A stretch of 63,298 nt of DNA, the filler included, from Asterionella formosa (taxonomy: Eukaryota): assembly GCA_002256025.1 (NCBI GenBank). It is 15 parts of 15 records of this genome, joined end to end, with 100 filler letters (N's around TTAATTAATTAA, not from the genome) between each part and the next. Parts side by side here need not be neighbours in the genome. Positions count along the whole stretch, not along the records: positions 33,250 to 49,755 come from NKIB01004840.1; 14 more parts are not named here. One strand, 5' to 3'. Below, one piece after another: positions 35,617 through 47,940 of the stretch (its first letter is position 1; each line of letters starts with the position of its first letter). The position numbers and the translations under genes were made by a program. The notes under the pieces are model-generated. The model ran no database searches. It worked only from the letters and a program-made list of their open reading frames with translations, and was not told the DNA's origin.

Positions 35617-36777
35617 ATGCTCATCATTCCGTTGAAAGTCCCATTCAAGACAGATCTGAAAGCTCCACTCGTCGCCTGGCTTGATGCTCCTCCCGACTAC
35701 GAATTGTTCGCCAATCCCATGGCCTTTACATGCCTCAAACCCAGTTTCACAAGTGCCCACTGCTACAAGGACGTGACACGACTTGCATCACTCCGTAATT
35801 GCTTGGCCGACGCCATTATGAAACCCATGTCTCATCGTCATGCCCTCGATGACATGGCCTTGTCCGATTTACATGAATACCACGCGGCCCTGCGCATATT
35901 TCAGAGTCACGCCTTTCCGACGTTTGATGAAGACTCGCCATTGCAATTAACATGGAAGGCAGCTGTAGGGCCACAGCAAGAATCACATGGCTCACTCATT
36001 TGGGATAGCGTATGTACCTTGTGGAACATTGCGGCACTAGAGTCGTTCCTTGGGTCGCAGTGTGGGACTGACAAGAAGGAGGAGCGCAAACAAGCGGTCA
36101 AACACTATCAGAATGCAGCATCGACGATGCATCATCTCAGGGAGGCGATGAAGGGACAATGCTTTGAGACTGTTGACATGAGTGGAGCATTATTGGAATT
36201 TTGGGAACGGGCCATGTTGGGATGTGCACAAATGGCAGCATATGAAATGGTACTCAAGGGAGAGGACCCCCCGAAGCATGCGTTGCTTAGCTATCTTGCC
36301 ATGGGCGCGGTACCTGTCTTTAACGAAGCACTTGTACTGTCCAAGGACCCACTGTTGGTAAGTAACCTTCCAAAACCTATTTTAGAGTGGGGGGCCAGGT
36401 GCAAGTATTGGAGTATGATTCTGACAGCCAAGGCGGAATACCACCAAGCGGTCGCGGCACGACAAGCGAGTGATTGGGGGACAGAAATTATGAGATTGGA
36501 TCAAGCCTTGAAGTCACTCCTATCATGCAAGGAATTTGCTGATTCTGTAGAAGAGTTAAGTGACGTGATGCGAGAAGTCAATGCATTGATTGCGTTAGTC
36601 AAAGATCGCAAGGCTCAAGCAGACAAGGACAACCGAGACTTTATGTACGGTGACGCTCAAATTGGGGGGACACTACCTCCGATTCGACAACAGTTGCTTG
36701 CCAAAGCAGATTTGCCCATGCCAGAAACCATGACTATTCCAAAGGTTCCCTTGTTTACTGGTGTACCGGCATCCTAA
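35617..36777 (+). CDS. Stand-alone BRO1-domain protein
   Basis: Starts MLIIPLK...DLKAPL. Contains LTWKAA, CTLWNIAAL, AVKHYQNAAS, AKAEYHQA, WGTEIMRL, ADKDNRDFMYG. The upstream 98 codons of the listed ORF lack an ATG. Confidence 0.8.
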   Translation: MLIIPLKVPFKTDLKAPLVAWLDAPPDYELFANPMAFTCLKPSFTSAHCYKDVTRLASLRNCLADAIMKPMSHRHALDDMALSDLHEYHAALRIFQSHAFPTFDEDSPLQLTWKAAVGPQQESHGSLIWDSVCTLWNIAALESFLGSQCGTDKKEERKQAVKHYQNAASTMHHLREAMKGQCFETVDMSGALLEFWERAMLGCAQMAAYEMVLKGEDPPKHALLSYLAMGAVPVFNEALVLSKDPLLVSNLPKPILEWGARCKYWSMILTAKAEYHQAVAARQASDWGTEIMRLDQALKSLLSCKEFADSVEELSDVMREVNALIALVKDRKAQADKDNRDFMYGDAQIGGTLPPIRQQLLAKADLPMPETMTIPKVPLFTGVPAS

Positions 36778-36980
36778 AATGTTTCATTTTAAATTTAGAC
36801 TCTATCTTAGTATTGCGAAACGTATTTGCAACGCCTGTCCCTTGAAATACCGGTAGTCTAAATAGTAAATAATATCAGTTAGTGTTCACTCTTGGATAAT
36901 ATTCCTAGCATGTTTTAGTAGGATACAATATAATCATAAATGGTTATATCTACTTTTGAGTGTTCGACGCCGCCTGGTTG

Positions 36981-38098
36981 TTAAAAGCACTGTTGCTTTG
37001 GCAATAATTTCATGGCTCCATGTTTCTTTACAACAGGAGGCATGTTATCTTCTTCACTTATTACAGACCGTAACGGCAATAAGTCCTTACTCTTTTCCAT
37101 CATCTCCATTAAGGTTTGTCGCACCAACGGCGCGTCCAAGTGCTTCATCATGGTATGCAATCTCTTTTTTGCATTTTGCAAATGCGTCTTGAAGAAGCAA
37201 CGAATCCTATCTCTCAATTTCTTGTCTGTAAACTGCGAACAAAATGTCAGGCCTTGTTCACAAGCCACGAGACGAGTCTTTTCGACCAACCCATTGTTAA
37301 AGGCTTGCTGGTGTTTGGACTGCCGTTGATGAGTGGACCATTCATAATAGAGAGGCATGTGATCGTACAAGAGGCCTTCAAGGATTGGGTAGTCCTTCCA
37401 AAAAAATCCCAATTGAATCAGTGGTGATGGAGGCTTTGCATTGTCGCCATCACTGCCGTGATGGAGGGCACGAGGGCGTTCCAAGGCCATGGCCAATACC
37501 AAGCGTTTGCATACGTCAGGCTCTTGTAGCTCAATTTCGAAACTAACGTGATGATGTACTACTGCTGTTGTTGTTGTTGTTGTTGTTTTCGCAGAGGTGG
37601 AAGCATTGATAGTACTTGTCTGAGGAAGAGACGTTTTGTTGGTACGTTCCTTCATGATCTTGTCTCTGGAAGGAACTACTTGTGGCTGTTGATCTCGAAA
37701 AATCGCCTCTTGCTGATCCACAGCGTGAGCTGTGATAAATGTGTGCAAGGATGATGGAGCGTGTAAGTCCACTTTGGACAACCAATCATTCTGGCGAAAC
37801 CCAAAGGCAACAGATACGTACCTGCTCCAATAATAGTTGCAAATGACATGGAAATTGGACTTTTGGCAGCCAAGAACGGCCCCGCGTAGTGCTGATGATG
37901 TGTGTCAAGAGCATCATTTGGGTAGGAGTATCTCATGGCCCGTTGCTGCTGCATGGAAGAAGGAGTTCTCATCAATTCATTGGATGATGTTGCTGGAAGC
38001 AGGAGTTCTTGTTCGTCCGCTCGACTCATCGTCATGTGGCTGGATTCTTCATTGTTCATTGATGGGCCATGATGGCGGGAAGAGGAAACACAAGCCAT
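36981..38098 (-). CDS. Hypothetical protein, complement(join(36981..37729,37822..38098)), about 341 aa
   Basis: Two listed ORFs are joined in frame by a 92-nt GTACGT...CAG intron (37821-37730). Globular C-terminal block WKDYPILE...QQAFNNGLV...LRDRIRCFFKTHLQNAKKRL. Confidence 0.78.
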
Positions 38099-39095
38099 TC
38101 TTTCCTCCTTCTATTTGCTATTGTATTGTGCTGTATTGCACCTCGGAGTGAGATGCAGTGGATTTTATAGACTGTGATGCAATTTTCAAGGTGACTTCTA
38201 TTAGTAGAAAGAATGTGGAACATCGATATGATTTTCCTTGGAGGGAAGGGAACAAAAATATAAACGATGACTTTTGGGGATTTTTTTTAAAAGTGGCTCG
38301 GCAGCAGGTTTGAACCACGGATGCGACGTATAAAGTTGTCATCACATAGAGAGGTACCAGTAGCATAGTACCGGTACCGATGTAGGAAGCGATACTTAGT
38401 ATAGAAGTGCCTATGTATAATTCTTGCTCACTGTTCCTGGTACCCTGGCACCTGCTACCAGGTAGTACTATTATGGTAGAACATCCAATCTGTTGGAAGG
38501 ATACCAACGGTCACAATGTGTAGCCTGCCGACCTTTGTCTTAATATTAATGTATGTACATATAAATGTCTTTAATTAAAAACGAACGACCCGATTGATAA
38601 CAGTGTGACATAACGAACAGGCTGAGGACGTCAAACGTAATGGGATGGGTCTGCTACATAAATCAAACGTATGGCCGTATTGTCGGCAGGAGTCGGACAA
38701 AATGCATCCCCTATTTAGTTACAGGGTATTGTACTTACTACCAAGTAATAGGAGCTTTGATGTGTACTGGTGGTACAGTGGATTACTTTTTTCTGGTTTG
38801 AACAACACCACCAGTCAGACCACCATGAAACGACAAAAAGTTACATACTAGTGCTATCATGTTTGTGACCATATCGTATCGTAAGGATACCAGCTTACGG
38901 TAGTTGGTAACTGGTGCCAGTAAAAAACTGCCATGACCCATTGAGTTAGTAGGTGTTTGTTTGACTCCTCCGAGTAAAGGTAGTTTCTACAGAATTGCAG
39001 ATCCGTTACTTTGTTCGTCGATAGTGTCAGCACAGCATCAATCAATCAAGCTATTGTGCTAAAATTCTCATTGATCGATTTCATCAGTTTCGACT

Positions 39096-40425
39096 CACTC
39101 CCAATGCTTTGTCCCATGCCTGCCAGACGAGATAGGCCAGCTTTTGATGGAAAGAATATACTTCATGTAATTTAGAAAAAACATTACCCTAGACTAATTG
39201 AGCGACCGATGATGATTTGCAGAATGAGTCTCTGAACATGACTTCGATTTGCTGACTGATGGAACAATTCAGCAAACCGTCTTCTAGCTTTGGAATACAA
39301 ATAGGAATCACCTTTTTCTACATTTAAACCTGCTGGCTGACTATGACTAGAATTTGCTAACAATGACTAGAACTTCTTGCAAATGACCCTTATGCTATGA
39401 AGTATACATGAAAAGACATAACCATTCCCCCTGATAGCCTTGCCAATACTATGAATATACATAATGCTATAATTATATACTTGGTTACAGACAGTAATAA
39501 TTACGCCTGATCCAACAGCCTACCGGGGTACTGCTATTTTTGAAATCATAGCTATCATGCATAGTAGTATCACATATCACTTACTATGCATGGCTGGGAT
39601 ATAGCTATGATATGCTCAGGGTACCTGAAGTAGCCCTTGTAGATGCTAGTACATAATCATTTAGCCTCGATGTTGCGATTTGTTTCTATTTATAAAACAC
39701 TACATTGTAGTTGTTTAGAACTGCTGGAGAATATGGGTGCATGAGCCATGATATCGTCTCAGACTTGACCATGACGAAAATAATGGATATCTCCATGAAA
39801 AATGAGAACAACACTTTGCTATTTGATACATATACTAAGCACAACATAGAAAATACAATTATAAAAGAATTATTTTAATAACACTAAAGTTGACAACGAA
39901 AAGGGAAGTCGCCAAGCAATCATGGCATTTTTTGGTAATTTATAGATGCACAATGCAGAACCATGGTGATACAAACAGATTTGAAACTTTCACAATATGC
40001 AACACGACTCTAGTACACTATGGTAATCTGCAGGTAGAAGCATTTTTTCTTTGATTCTCCATTTAAGTAATATCAATTCATTGTCAATTGACATTTCAAA
40101 ATGACTCTTTTGTTATGATTACTGATCCAGTTGATGACTACATGCAACTAGAAATCTACTGAAAATGATTAGAATTTGCTGATTATGACTAGAAGTTACT
40201 GATTGGTGAACCGTATAAGCAAACTTTCTTCCCGTTGCTGAATACTAGTACCATTACCAGAAGCAGTACTAGTAGATGAACATTATTTCAATGATGAGAT
40301 CACAACTTGGATTTAATGAATGATAATTTTAACATGATAGAAAGTTACTTACTACAAAGAGAGATTGGAATGAAAAGTCAGTCTATCTCGTCTGGCAGGC
40401 ATGAGATGCTCTTTTGCTGGGAGTG
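39096..40425. mobile_element. Non-autonomous CACTA/EnSpm-like element, 1330 bp
   Basis: Termini CACTCCCA...TGGGAGTG. 3-bp TSD ACT at 39093-39095 and 40426-40428. Perfect 21-bp inverted block CATGCCTGCCAGACGAGATAG. Subterminal ATGACTAGAA repeats near 39340 and 40170. Confidence 0.85.
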
Positions 40426-41444
40426 ACTGTAACAAACTGAAATAGTAGTGCACATAAAATATGCTCTACCGGGCCTTCCTGGTTTACCCTGGTGCCAGCC
40501 AGGTACCAGGGACATTTAACTGTTACTCCATCATGTACACAGTCTAGACATGATTTAGTACATAATCAAGTCGATGTGGTCCCCGGTTGTGTAGGTAAAC
40601 AGTCAACCGATACATACAAACAAAATATATTCCGTCCTTGATGCTCCAAGCATGATTTTGGATCTCTGTTAAGACCTGGCCTTTCAGACTTGTTACACTC
40701 ACTACACAGAAGGTTTACTGGTAGTCGTCTATAATGCAATTGAACAATATATTGTTACCTGGTATATTTAGGAACCATGTAAGCCGCAGGAGATGTACTT
40801 TTAACATGATGACCTATCCGGGATTTGATGTAGCTACTTGGAAATGTAGGGTAGACTACCCAGTACCATGTACCATAAGATATTGTTGGATACATATCTA
40901 TGTATGTAACCATGCATTGGTGGTCTGTTTCTGTTTCTTTATATCAATTCTTGCTAGATGGTGTAGTTTTGGATTGTTTTAAGAGACAGCAAGAGGCGAA
41001 TTACATATAGTCTCCCAATGTACTGGTACATTAGTCTCTTGGCCAGCATTATCCTGGATTGTTCCTCTCCTCATTATCCATCATGCTTAGCTATGTAAGG
41101 GAATGGATACCTTATCATTCAGAGACTTGCGAGGGGGGGAGTGAAATTGACCATTTATGTAAAAGAAGTAATTTATTTATATTTATTTTTAAGCCTACTT
41201 TACCGATCCCTGGTCATGACTCAAAATAGTAGTCCCGGCCCCATCTGACAACGAGACACTGTCCTCCAAACATGAAACTAACGGCACTGCCAAGAGTCCT
41301 TGCCACAAGAGATAACGATTACAATGAGGTATATATATATATGTACTGTATTACTGGGAATACACAAATGAATGCAGTCAGCATAGCGGAAGAGCTTTGT
41401 CACTTCACAAAAGTTTCATAAAAGCACGTTCAAAATCTTTCACA

Positions 41445-42176
41445 TCATACAAGTTGCTTTTGAAAAATACAGATATCCACCCCACTCAGTCCTGCCAAAC
41501 TGGGCTTCTTAGCACGCAACACAAATCCGTTTTTCCGGTACAGAGAGTGAGCCGCAAGCTGAGCCGTGGTGCAAGTAAGGGTCATAGTTTGGTACCCTTC
41601 CTGCCTTGCAAACTGTTCCAACCGTGTCATGAGTCGACCGGCAATGCCCCTTTTTTGTGCTCGTTCGTCCACATTCATTCGACACACTAAGAAAAAATTT
41701 TCCTTCTTCAAGTGTTCACGTCCACCCACCATGCCCACCACATTTCCTCCCATGGTGGCCACAAGGAATGTTCCTCCCGTCTTCATGTAAGATCCGTAAA
41801 TGTCATTCATGTCCTTTTTAAATTGACATGTCAGATACATTCGAAAGGCCCGCTGGACCACACCATACCACACGGAACACCACAGCAACAGCATCAATCC
41901 GACAGTCCAAATGGGAAGATATAGTAAAGCCACCAACAGCAGCATGTAAAACACAGCGCTTTCGTTGGATCGAAACAACACCACCTTGTAGTAGTCCGGG
42001 AGCAAGGACATGCGTCCCTTGATAAACAGGGCCTGGCACTGCGCTTCATCTTCCTTTCGGTAGGTTCGAATCTGAACCTCGTTGTCGCAAGGCTTCAAAC
42101 TAATGGCAAGTTTGTCGCCATCAGAATAGGAACTTACCTTGGCAGTTTCCGTGTGTTCAGAGATTGGCTTGCACAT
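41445..42176 (-). CDS. NAT8/camello-like membrane-associated GNAT N-acetyltransferase
   Basis: IRTYRKED, hydrophobic hairpin, DMNDIYGSY, FLVA...VVGMVG, RMNVDERAQKRGIA, AAHSLYRKNGF. First ATG is at 42176; the frame is open to 42263, so an upstream exon is possible. Confidence 0.85.
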   Translation of the reverse strand: MCKPISEHTETAKVSSYSDGDKLAISLKPCDNEVQIRTYRKEDEAQCQALFIKGRMSLLPDYYKVVLFRSNESAVFYMLLLVALLYLPIWTVGLMLLLWCSVWYGVVQRAFRMYLTCQFKKDMNDIYGSYMKTGGTFLVATMGGNVVGMVGGREHLKKENFFLVCRMNVDERAQKRGIAGRLMTRLEQFARQEGYQTMTLTCTTAQLAAHSLYRKNGFVLRAKKPSLAGLSGVDICIFQKQLV

Positions 42177-43499
42177 GATGGTAGCAGTAGGCTCGGGAAA
42201 AGAAGGGAAGTCAAGAAGCGATTTGGATGATGGGGGCGACGAGAGGCGCCGGCCAAGTTCCAAAGAGGAACAGCTGTAGGCTTAAAGGCAAGGGGGAGTT
42301 ATCAGAAGAAGCGTTAGGCAAAATTTGTAAGCGAAAAGTGCAGGTTAAAACTGAGAGTAGTTAAACTCATTGTCGTCTGACTGACTGCCTTATGTTTCCA
42401 ACATGATGAGACTTGTAGAAAGAAAGGAGCGCGCATTAATCCGAATCAGAATTAAGGAATCAGTATTGCGTGAACAGTTCTACGAGGACGTAGTACCTTG
42501 TAGGTAGGATCTCAACAGATTCGTCGAATCCGCAGAGTCATTGCTGTGCTGGTATGCCAATCAGTTCGTTGCATTTCTCATCATCGGACACTTTTTGACG
42601 GAGTCGTTACATGTGGGTTGATACATAACCTAAGTAGTAAAATATTGGTGTAGACTCAGTACTTCTGCAAAGTTTCAACTAACCGTGGCTGATTCGTGTT
42701 CTATTTTTTAAGGAATTATTGGGCAACGTCTGCTTCAGGTACATAAACAAAAAGTGCTGCTTCGAGGTCTCATTTTCCTTTTCTTATAAAATTGCAATTT
42801 CCTTAAACTGCGATGATCGAATTTGAATCTTTTGAGTTCTACGATCGAATCTAGAATCTTGAATCCCTACCGGCAGCAGCGCGCCAGAAACTTGTTTATG
42901 AATGCGAATACCCCCCCCGGCACAGGTACTGGGATCACATGCTTACTTCTGGTAATTACCGGTAAAAACTTACATAACGGTATGCAATGTACAGATACAT
43001 ACCGGCAGTGGTCTACCAATCCTCATCAGTTCAGTTCTACCTGACAAAGTATTAGTATTCTATCTACGTACTTGCCTCAACCGAACAATCGTCCGCTATT
43101 TGAGAAAATGATCAAAACTGTTGATCATCAAGACGAACACAGTGAAGATAGTGATTTTCGGTTCAAGTTACAGTGAAGATCACGTTCACGGCGTTTTCCC
43201 GGATGATTGTCCGGTACCACCTGCTTTCATAGTGCTTGATCGTAGTAGCATCCTACCAAAGGCTAAATTAATTTATGGAATCCTGAGTTGTGTACACGGA
43301 TAACTTTTCGTGAGTTCTTCAAGTGTCGTGTTTGAAAGAATTTTGATACATGCATCATGATCAACACACTTATAGGCCATGATTCCATCATTTCCTTGCT
43401 GCAAGACTGGATGGCTGCCCACAGTTATCATCCTCTTGGCGAATGCTTATTGCGCTTGGTAGGCTTTGCGGGAAGTCATTGAATAGTTGGTGAAAATGG

Positions 43500-44030
43500 A
43501 ATTGTTTCATTGAGTTGTTGAACTCTCAGCAGACCTAAACTGAGTATCACTTTCAATATGCATCATTAGCTTTCAAGATGTGACCATTGATTATCTGACA
43601 CAACAAAGCTGTTTTTAACCTAGTCAACACAGGCCTAATTAGTTCATTTTGTTCAACTCTCAGTATACCCAAATCGATTTTTGCTTTCCATACTATGAAT
43701 CATCACTTGTCTTCATCATATAATAATAGATTATCCTGTACAACAAACAGTGGTATGCATGCACTTTTCGAATGACTTGACACAAACCTGACCAAACTGT
43801 ATGTTTTCGATTGAATGCTCACTGGATCCAAATTGAACTTCTCTTTCCATGTTAAATATTATTCTTTGTCATGACCATACTTTGTAAAACAAAGCTCGAC
43901 TCAAGAAGAATTGATTGTGTACATTATCTTGTCAGCTAACCCCAAATTAGCTTTTGTTTATTTACTTCCAGACCACATGAAGTATTATTCTTCATTGTGA
44001 CCATAGATTTTCTCCAACAACTCAAAACAT
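43500..44030. repeat. Highly degenerate tandem array, 3-4 units of about 120-155 bp
   Basis: Recurring AACTCTCAG...CCAAAT...CTTTCCAT...TGACCAT...ACAACAAA blocks near 43520, 43655, 43815 and 43930. Confidence 0.5.
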
Positions 44031-45929
44031 AACAATGCTGGTCCATGTTCATACAAGTTGTTCTTCATGATTAGGTTTGTACTTTTGGGACTTTTTGGTT
44101 CCAGTGAAATCTTAGCAGGCCAAAATGGTTCGATCTGCATTGCTACTTATTGTCATGATGTGAGATCATATCCAACACTACATCGAAATTGCATGACATT
44201 GGTACTGCTAGCTAACTCAAAATGTTACCAGTAGTCAAATGGTGCATTGAGCAGTGTACTATGTATACCAGGTGAATCAATCCATGCACAATTTCATACA
44301 TGCTTTGTGTATTTTATCATTTGTTGTCGTATTTCGACATCAAGTATGGCATACGAACGGATTGTGGATTCCGTCCTATGGTGCAATCGTGTGTAGAATT
44401 CATTGTATTAGCCTGTTCATATCTCACCTACATAAATGTCGAAGTGTCCGGTAAAACTGGAATACAACTCATCCTCATGGTTTAATTCTGATTTTCTGAT
44501 GAATTCTGTTTTCCTGATGGGACCAAGTACCAAGTACAACCAGTAGATTACGTAACCGGTACCAGGACCCTGCCTGGTCATACACTCAAGTATTTGCAGA
44601 TAAATGAATAAAGCATATCACTATGATCATACTTACCAGGTATCATACTATACAGCTTGAATCAAAGTCATTCCATTTACTTTCTCAAATTGTTACATTT
44701 GCATAGACCATACCACCAAATATTCAAAAGGTTTCAATCATCAAAATGAGCATACCATCGTTTCATTCAGTCCCATCATTGCCACTTGTTTTGTGGTTGC
44801 GCAATCCATAATCAAAGGCAAGTTGCCATTCTTCTACTGGTTTATGCTACTTTACTTTGTATGTATGTAGAGAACAGATGGTTGGAAGAAAATCGGGTCT
44901 CTTTTCTGTTGCCTATGCACATTCTTACTTGTGTTAGGAAGCCATCTATGTAGGCACCACTCGCAAATAATCTTTCCCAGATCTGCTGATTATTGCATTG
45001 CAAAAGTTGTTGCATGTAGTTGATTTTGCCATCCACGAGAAGACAATTCACTATCTCTTACACACCAACAGGCAAGACTGTGCAGGATGGTAAGGAGTGC
45101 GGGAGTCGAAACCAACAAATGCTTCTAAAAAAATTGTGAATCAAATCTCACAACATCAGATCAAAGGCAATGTGCTTGCTAAACCATTAAGTAGCCACTC
45201 CGCCCTTATGGTCTAGTACCCTTTTTAGAAAATGAGATGTCTTCTTAAAGCGCTTAATATAGTGAAGTGAAGTTAATTCTTCATGTTGTATCCATAATAC
45301 TAGTAAGTGGCTTCAAAATGAAACTCATTCAACTGCAGCACTCTACTACATCTAATTAAAATAACTGAATAATTTGGCAATCATATTTGACTGTTTTAGG
45401 ATTTGGTCAATGCAGTCGGAAAATTTATACAATTTCGACTCATGGTAAATTTTCATCAACCAATTGATGTGGTTTGACATTCCAACTGCGATTGATTGGC
45501 TTTGAGGATTTGGTCAATGATGGTGGAGATGCACTTATATCTACTGGTAGCCTATCAAGAATCAAGAATATCATGTGATACTGGTGTTCACAATTGATAT
45601 GCGTGAAGATGCACAGGAGCCCAGCACGAAAAAGTCGGGTCGAGAAAACATTTACACGGAGCTCATAATGACAAATACCGGTACTCGTTGAGCGAGACGA
45701 CGCACGTGCGACTTCAAATCGTGTGTTGCTTGTGCACAAAAAAAAATTTTGCTCCGCCTGGCTTCTTTTGCGTTCACATCACAGCATCACATTGGAAGCA
45801 TTTTGTTTCATTCATTCATTTAATTCAGCCATCGTGTGGGTTGGGTAGTATTGCTCTCTCCTGATCAATCCACGTCTCTTCGAGTCAAACAACGAAACAA
45901 GGCGCATCCGTCAATACCAACTTGTGAAT

Positions 45930-47018
45930 ATGAGCAGCCTAAGGAAAACGTCCAAATCTGATCTCTTTTTTTCGATATTATTACGCGTTTGCGCTTGGAA
46001 CAACAATCGCAGCCACTTCATAGATGCACTCTCTGTATATCCCTCTGCTCCTGTTATTGGCGTATTGTCGCAGCCGCATCACACGTTGCACAATAATCAG
46101 ACAGAATACATCATTGCTGCCTCGTACATCAAATGGTTGGAAGCTGGTGGAGCCCGTTCCATTCCAATTCCATACGATGCTCCAGACGAACTTGTTGATG
46201 AGATACTACAACAGGTCAATGGAGTACTGTTTCCAGGAGGAGGCTCACCACTTCCTCCCAGTGCCTGGAAAATTTGGAACACGGCGCTTGAACTGAACGA
46301 CCAAGGAGACTTTTTCCCCATTTGGGGCACGTGTCTTGGATTTGAATATCTCATCCAAATGGCGTCTTTGGCACCTGACAGCAGCAGTGATGATAAGATC
46401 GTTTTGGAGGGAGGGTACGATGCGGAGAACGTTAGTTGGCCACTCATAATAGATAGTGGCTATGATGATGTTTCAACAATGAATAGCAGTCAAAGTCGGT
46501 TGTATTCTGAATCATACATTCAAGAGATTGTGATCACGGAAGATGTTGCCATGAATAATCATATCATGGGAGTTCGACCGAGTGTGTTTGAATCGAACGA
46601 CTATCTTTCCACCATGTTTCGAGTCACCTCTATGAATTTGGATCGACAAGGCAAGCCGTTCGTAAGTTCAATTGAATCAGATTTCTATCCTTTCTATGGA
46701 GTTCAGTATCATCCAGAGAAGAATCCCTTTGAATATGCAACTTATCATGGCACCGATATTCCATATGAAAGCATCAATCATTCTCCAGATTCCATTCACT
46801 TTAGCTTGCATCTAGCGAATTTCTTCGTGAATGTGACTAGACAAAATATGCATACACACACAAATTTTGATACATATCCACCAGTCAACACTTATGAAGT
46901 CAAGAGATCCTTGGCATTTCAGGAGTACTTTGTGATACCATCTGTGGCATCAATGGTTGAAATGGAAATCGCTTCAAAAGAAAAGTCATCCCAAGATGAG
47001 GACGAGGCAAATCATTGA
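45930..47018 (+). CDS. GGH: Gamma-glutamyl hydrolase (peptidase C26)
   Basis: PVIGVLSQP, IAASYIKWLEAGGAR, NGVLFPGG, catalytic FPIWGTCLGFE and YGVQYHPEK. Confidence 0.95.
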   Translation: MSSLRKTSKSDLFFSILLRVCAWNNNRSHFIDALSVYPSAPVIGVLSQPHHTLHNNQTEYIIAASYIKWLEAGGARSIPIPYDAPDELVDEILQQVNGVLFPGGGSPLPPSAWKIWNTALELNDQGDFFPIWGTCLGFEYLIQMASLAPDSSSDDKIVLEGGYDAENVSWPLIIDSGYDDVSTMNSSQSRLYSESYIQEIVITEDVAMNNHIMGVRPSVFESNDYLSTMFRVTSMNLDRQGKPFVSSIESDFYPFYGVQYHPEKNPFEYATYHGTDIPYESINHSPDSIHFSLHLANFFVNVTRQNMHTHTNFDTYPPVNTYEVKRSLAFQEYFVIPSVASMVEMEIASKEKSSQDEDEANH

Positions 47019-47772
47019 ATCAATGGGTTTCTTGGTAAATTGCAAGACAAACATTCATTTGGTCTTTCACCAAAAGTATCCTCTTATTACATTATGCGAA
47101 GAAGTGTTGATTGATACACTAGTAAAATATCATGAAGCTTTAAGAAAGTTTGGCATTGTTGGATCAGAAAACAAAAAGACCTGTGAGGGTCCATGCAACA
47201 GTTCTCACATCATTGGACTATTTTTGCTCCCTAACTTGCATACAAATACCAAATTCCAAAAGTTCAATACCTCAATGCAACATAGTCCATAAGCCTTTCT
47301 TAATTCATTGGTCTGCTGGCCACATATATTCAGACACAAAAAGGCTTGCTTTTAACTGGATGGCCATGCCAAACAAATAAAAGGTAGCATGTTTGGATCA
47401 GCTCACTGTCTCTGGCAGTACGGAGCGAACTTCCCTGCACCCCATCTATTGCTAGATATATTCAAGTGGTCTGGTTGTCAATGTGTCACAAATGTTGCAA
47501 ATCAATGCTAACAAGAGTGACGTCACTACCCAGTCTGTTGCGGTTGATTCCAAAAGCATGTTGCTGGCTGGATACACAATCAAAGCGGTAGAAACAAAAT
47601 GAATATGATACGATAGAGCACAGGCATTGTTTCCATGTACTTACATTTGATTGGTACATGGTCTATATTATACATATAGCTATATGCACAGGTGTACCAG
47701 TATGCATATAGTGAGTCTACATAGTACCTGGTACCAAGTTTCCAGTACCCCGGGTCTGCATTTAGCTCCATG

Positions 47773-47940
47773 TGTTGAGGGGAACCTTATCGTGAATAAA
47801 GGTGAAATACAATATTATGACTATTCTTTGCTGTTCCAAGTACATCGTTGTTAGCACTCACGCATGTACCTAATCTGGTGGCTGCGCCGGTATGGTTTGT
47901 ACAGCGCATGTATGGAGCATCATATGCAGAGATATTAACA
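47773..47940 (-). repeat. Putative 3' LTR (168 bp)
   Basis: On the minus strand it begins TGTTAATATC directly after the purine tract and ends ...CCCTCAACA. The partner LTR is not in the window. Confidence 0.7.

Noticed and set aside
43180..43270. Similarity of VFPDDCPVPP to YLPNDCPPVPVP at the end of ORF 52114-52900
   Set aside because: Too short and Pro-rich to distinguish from chance.
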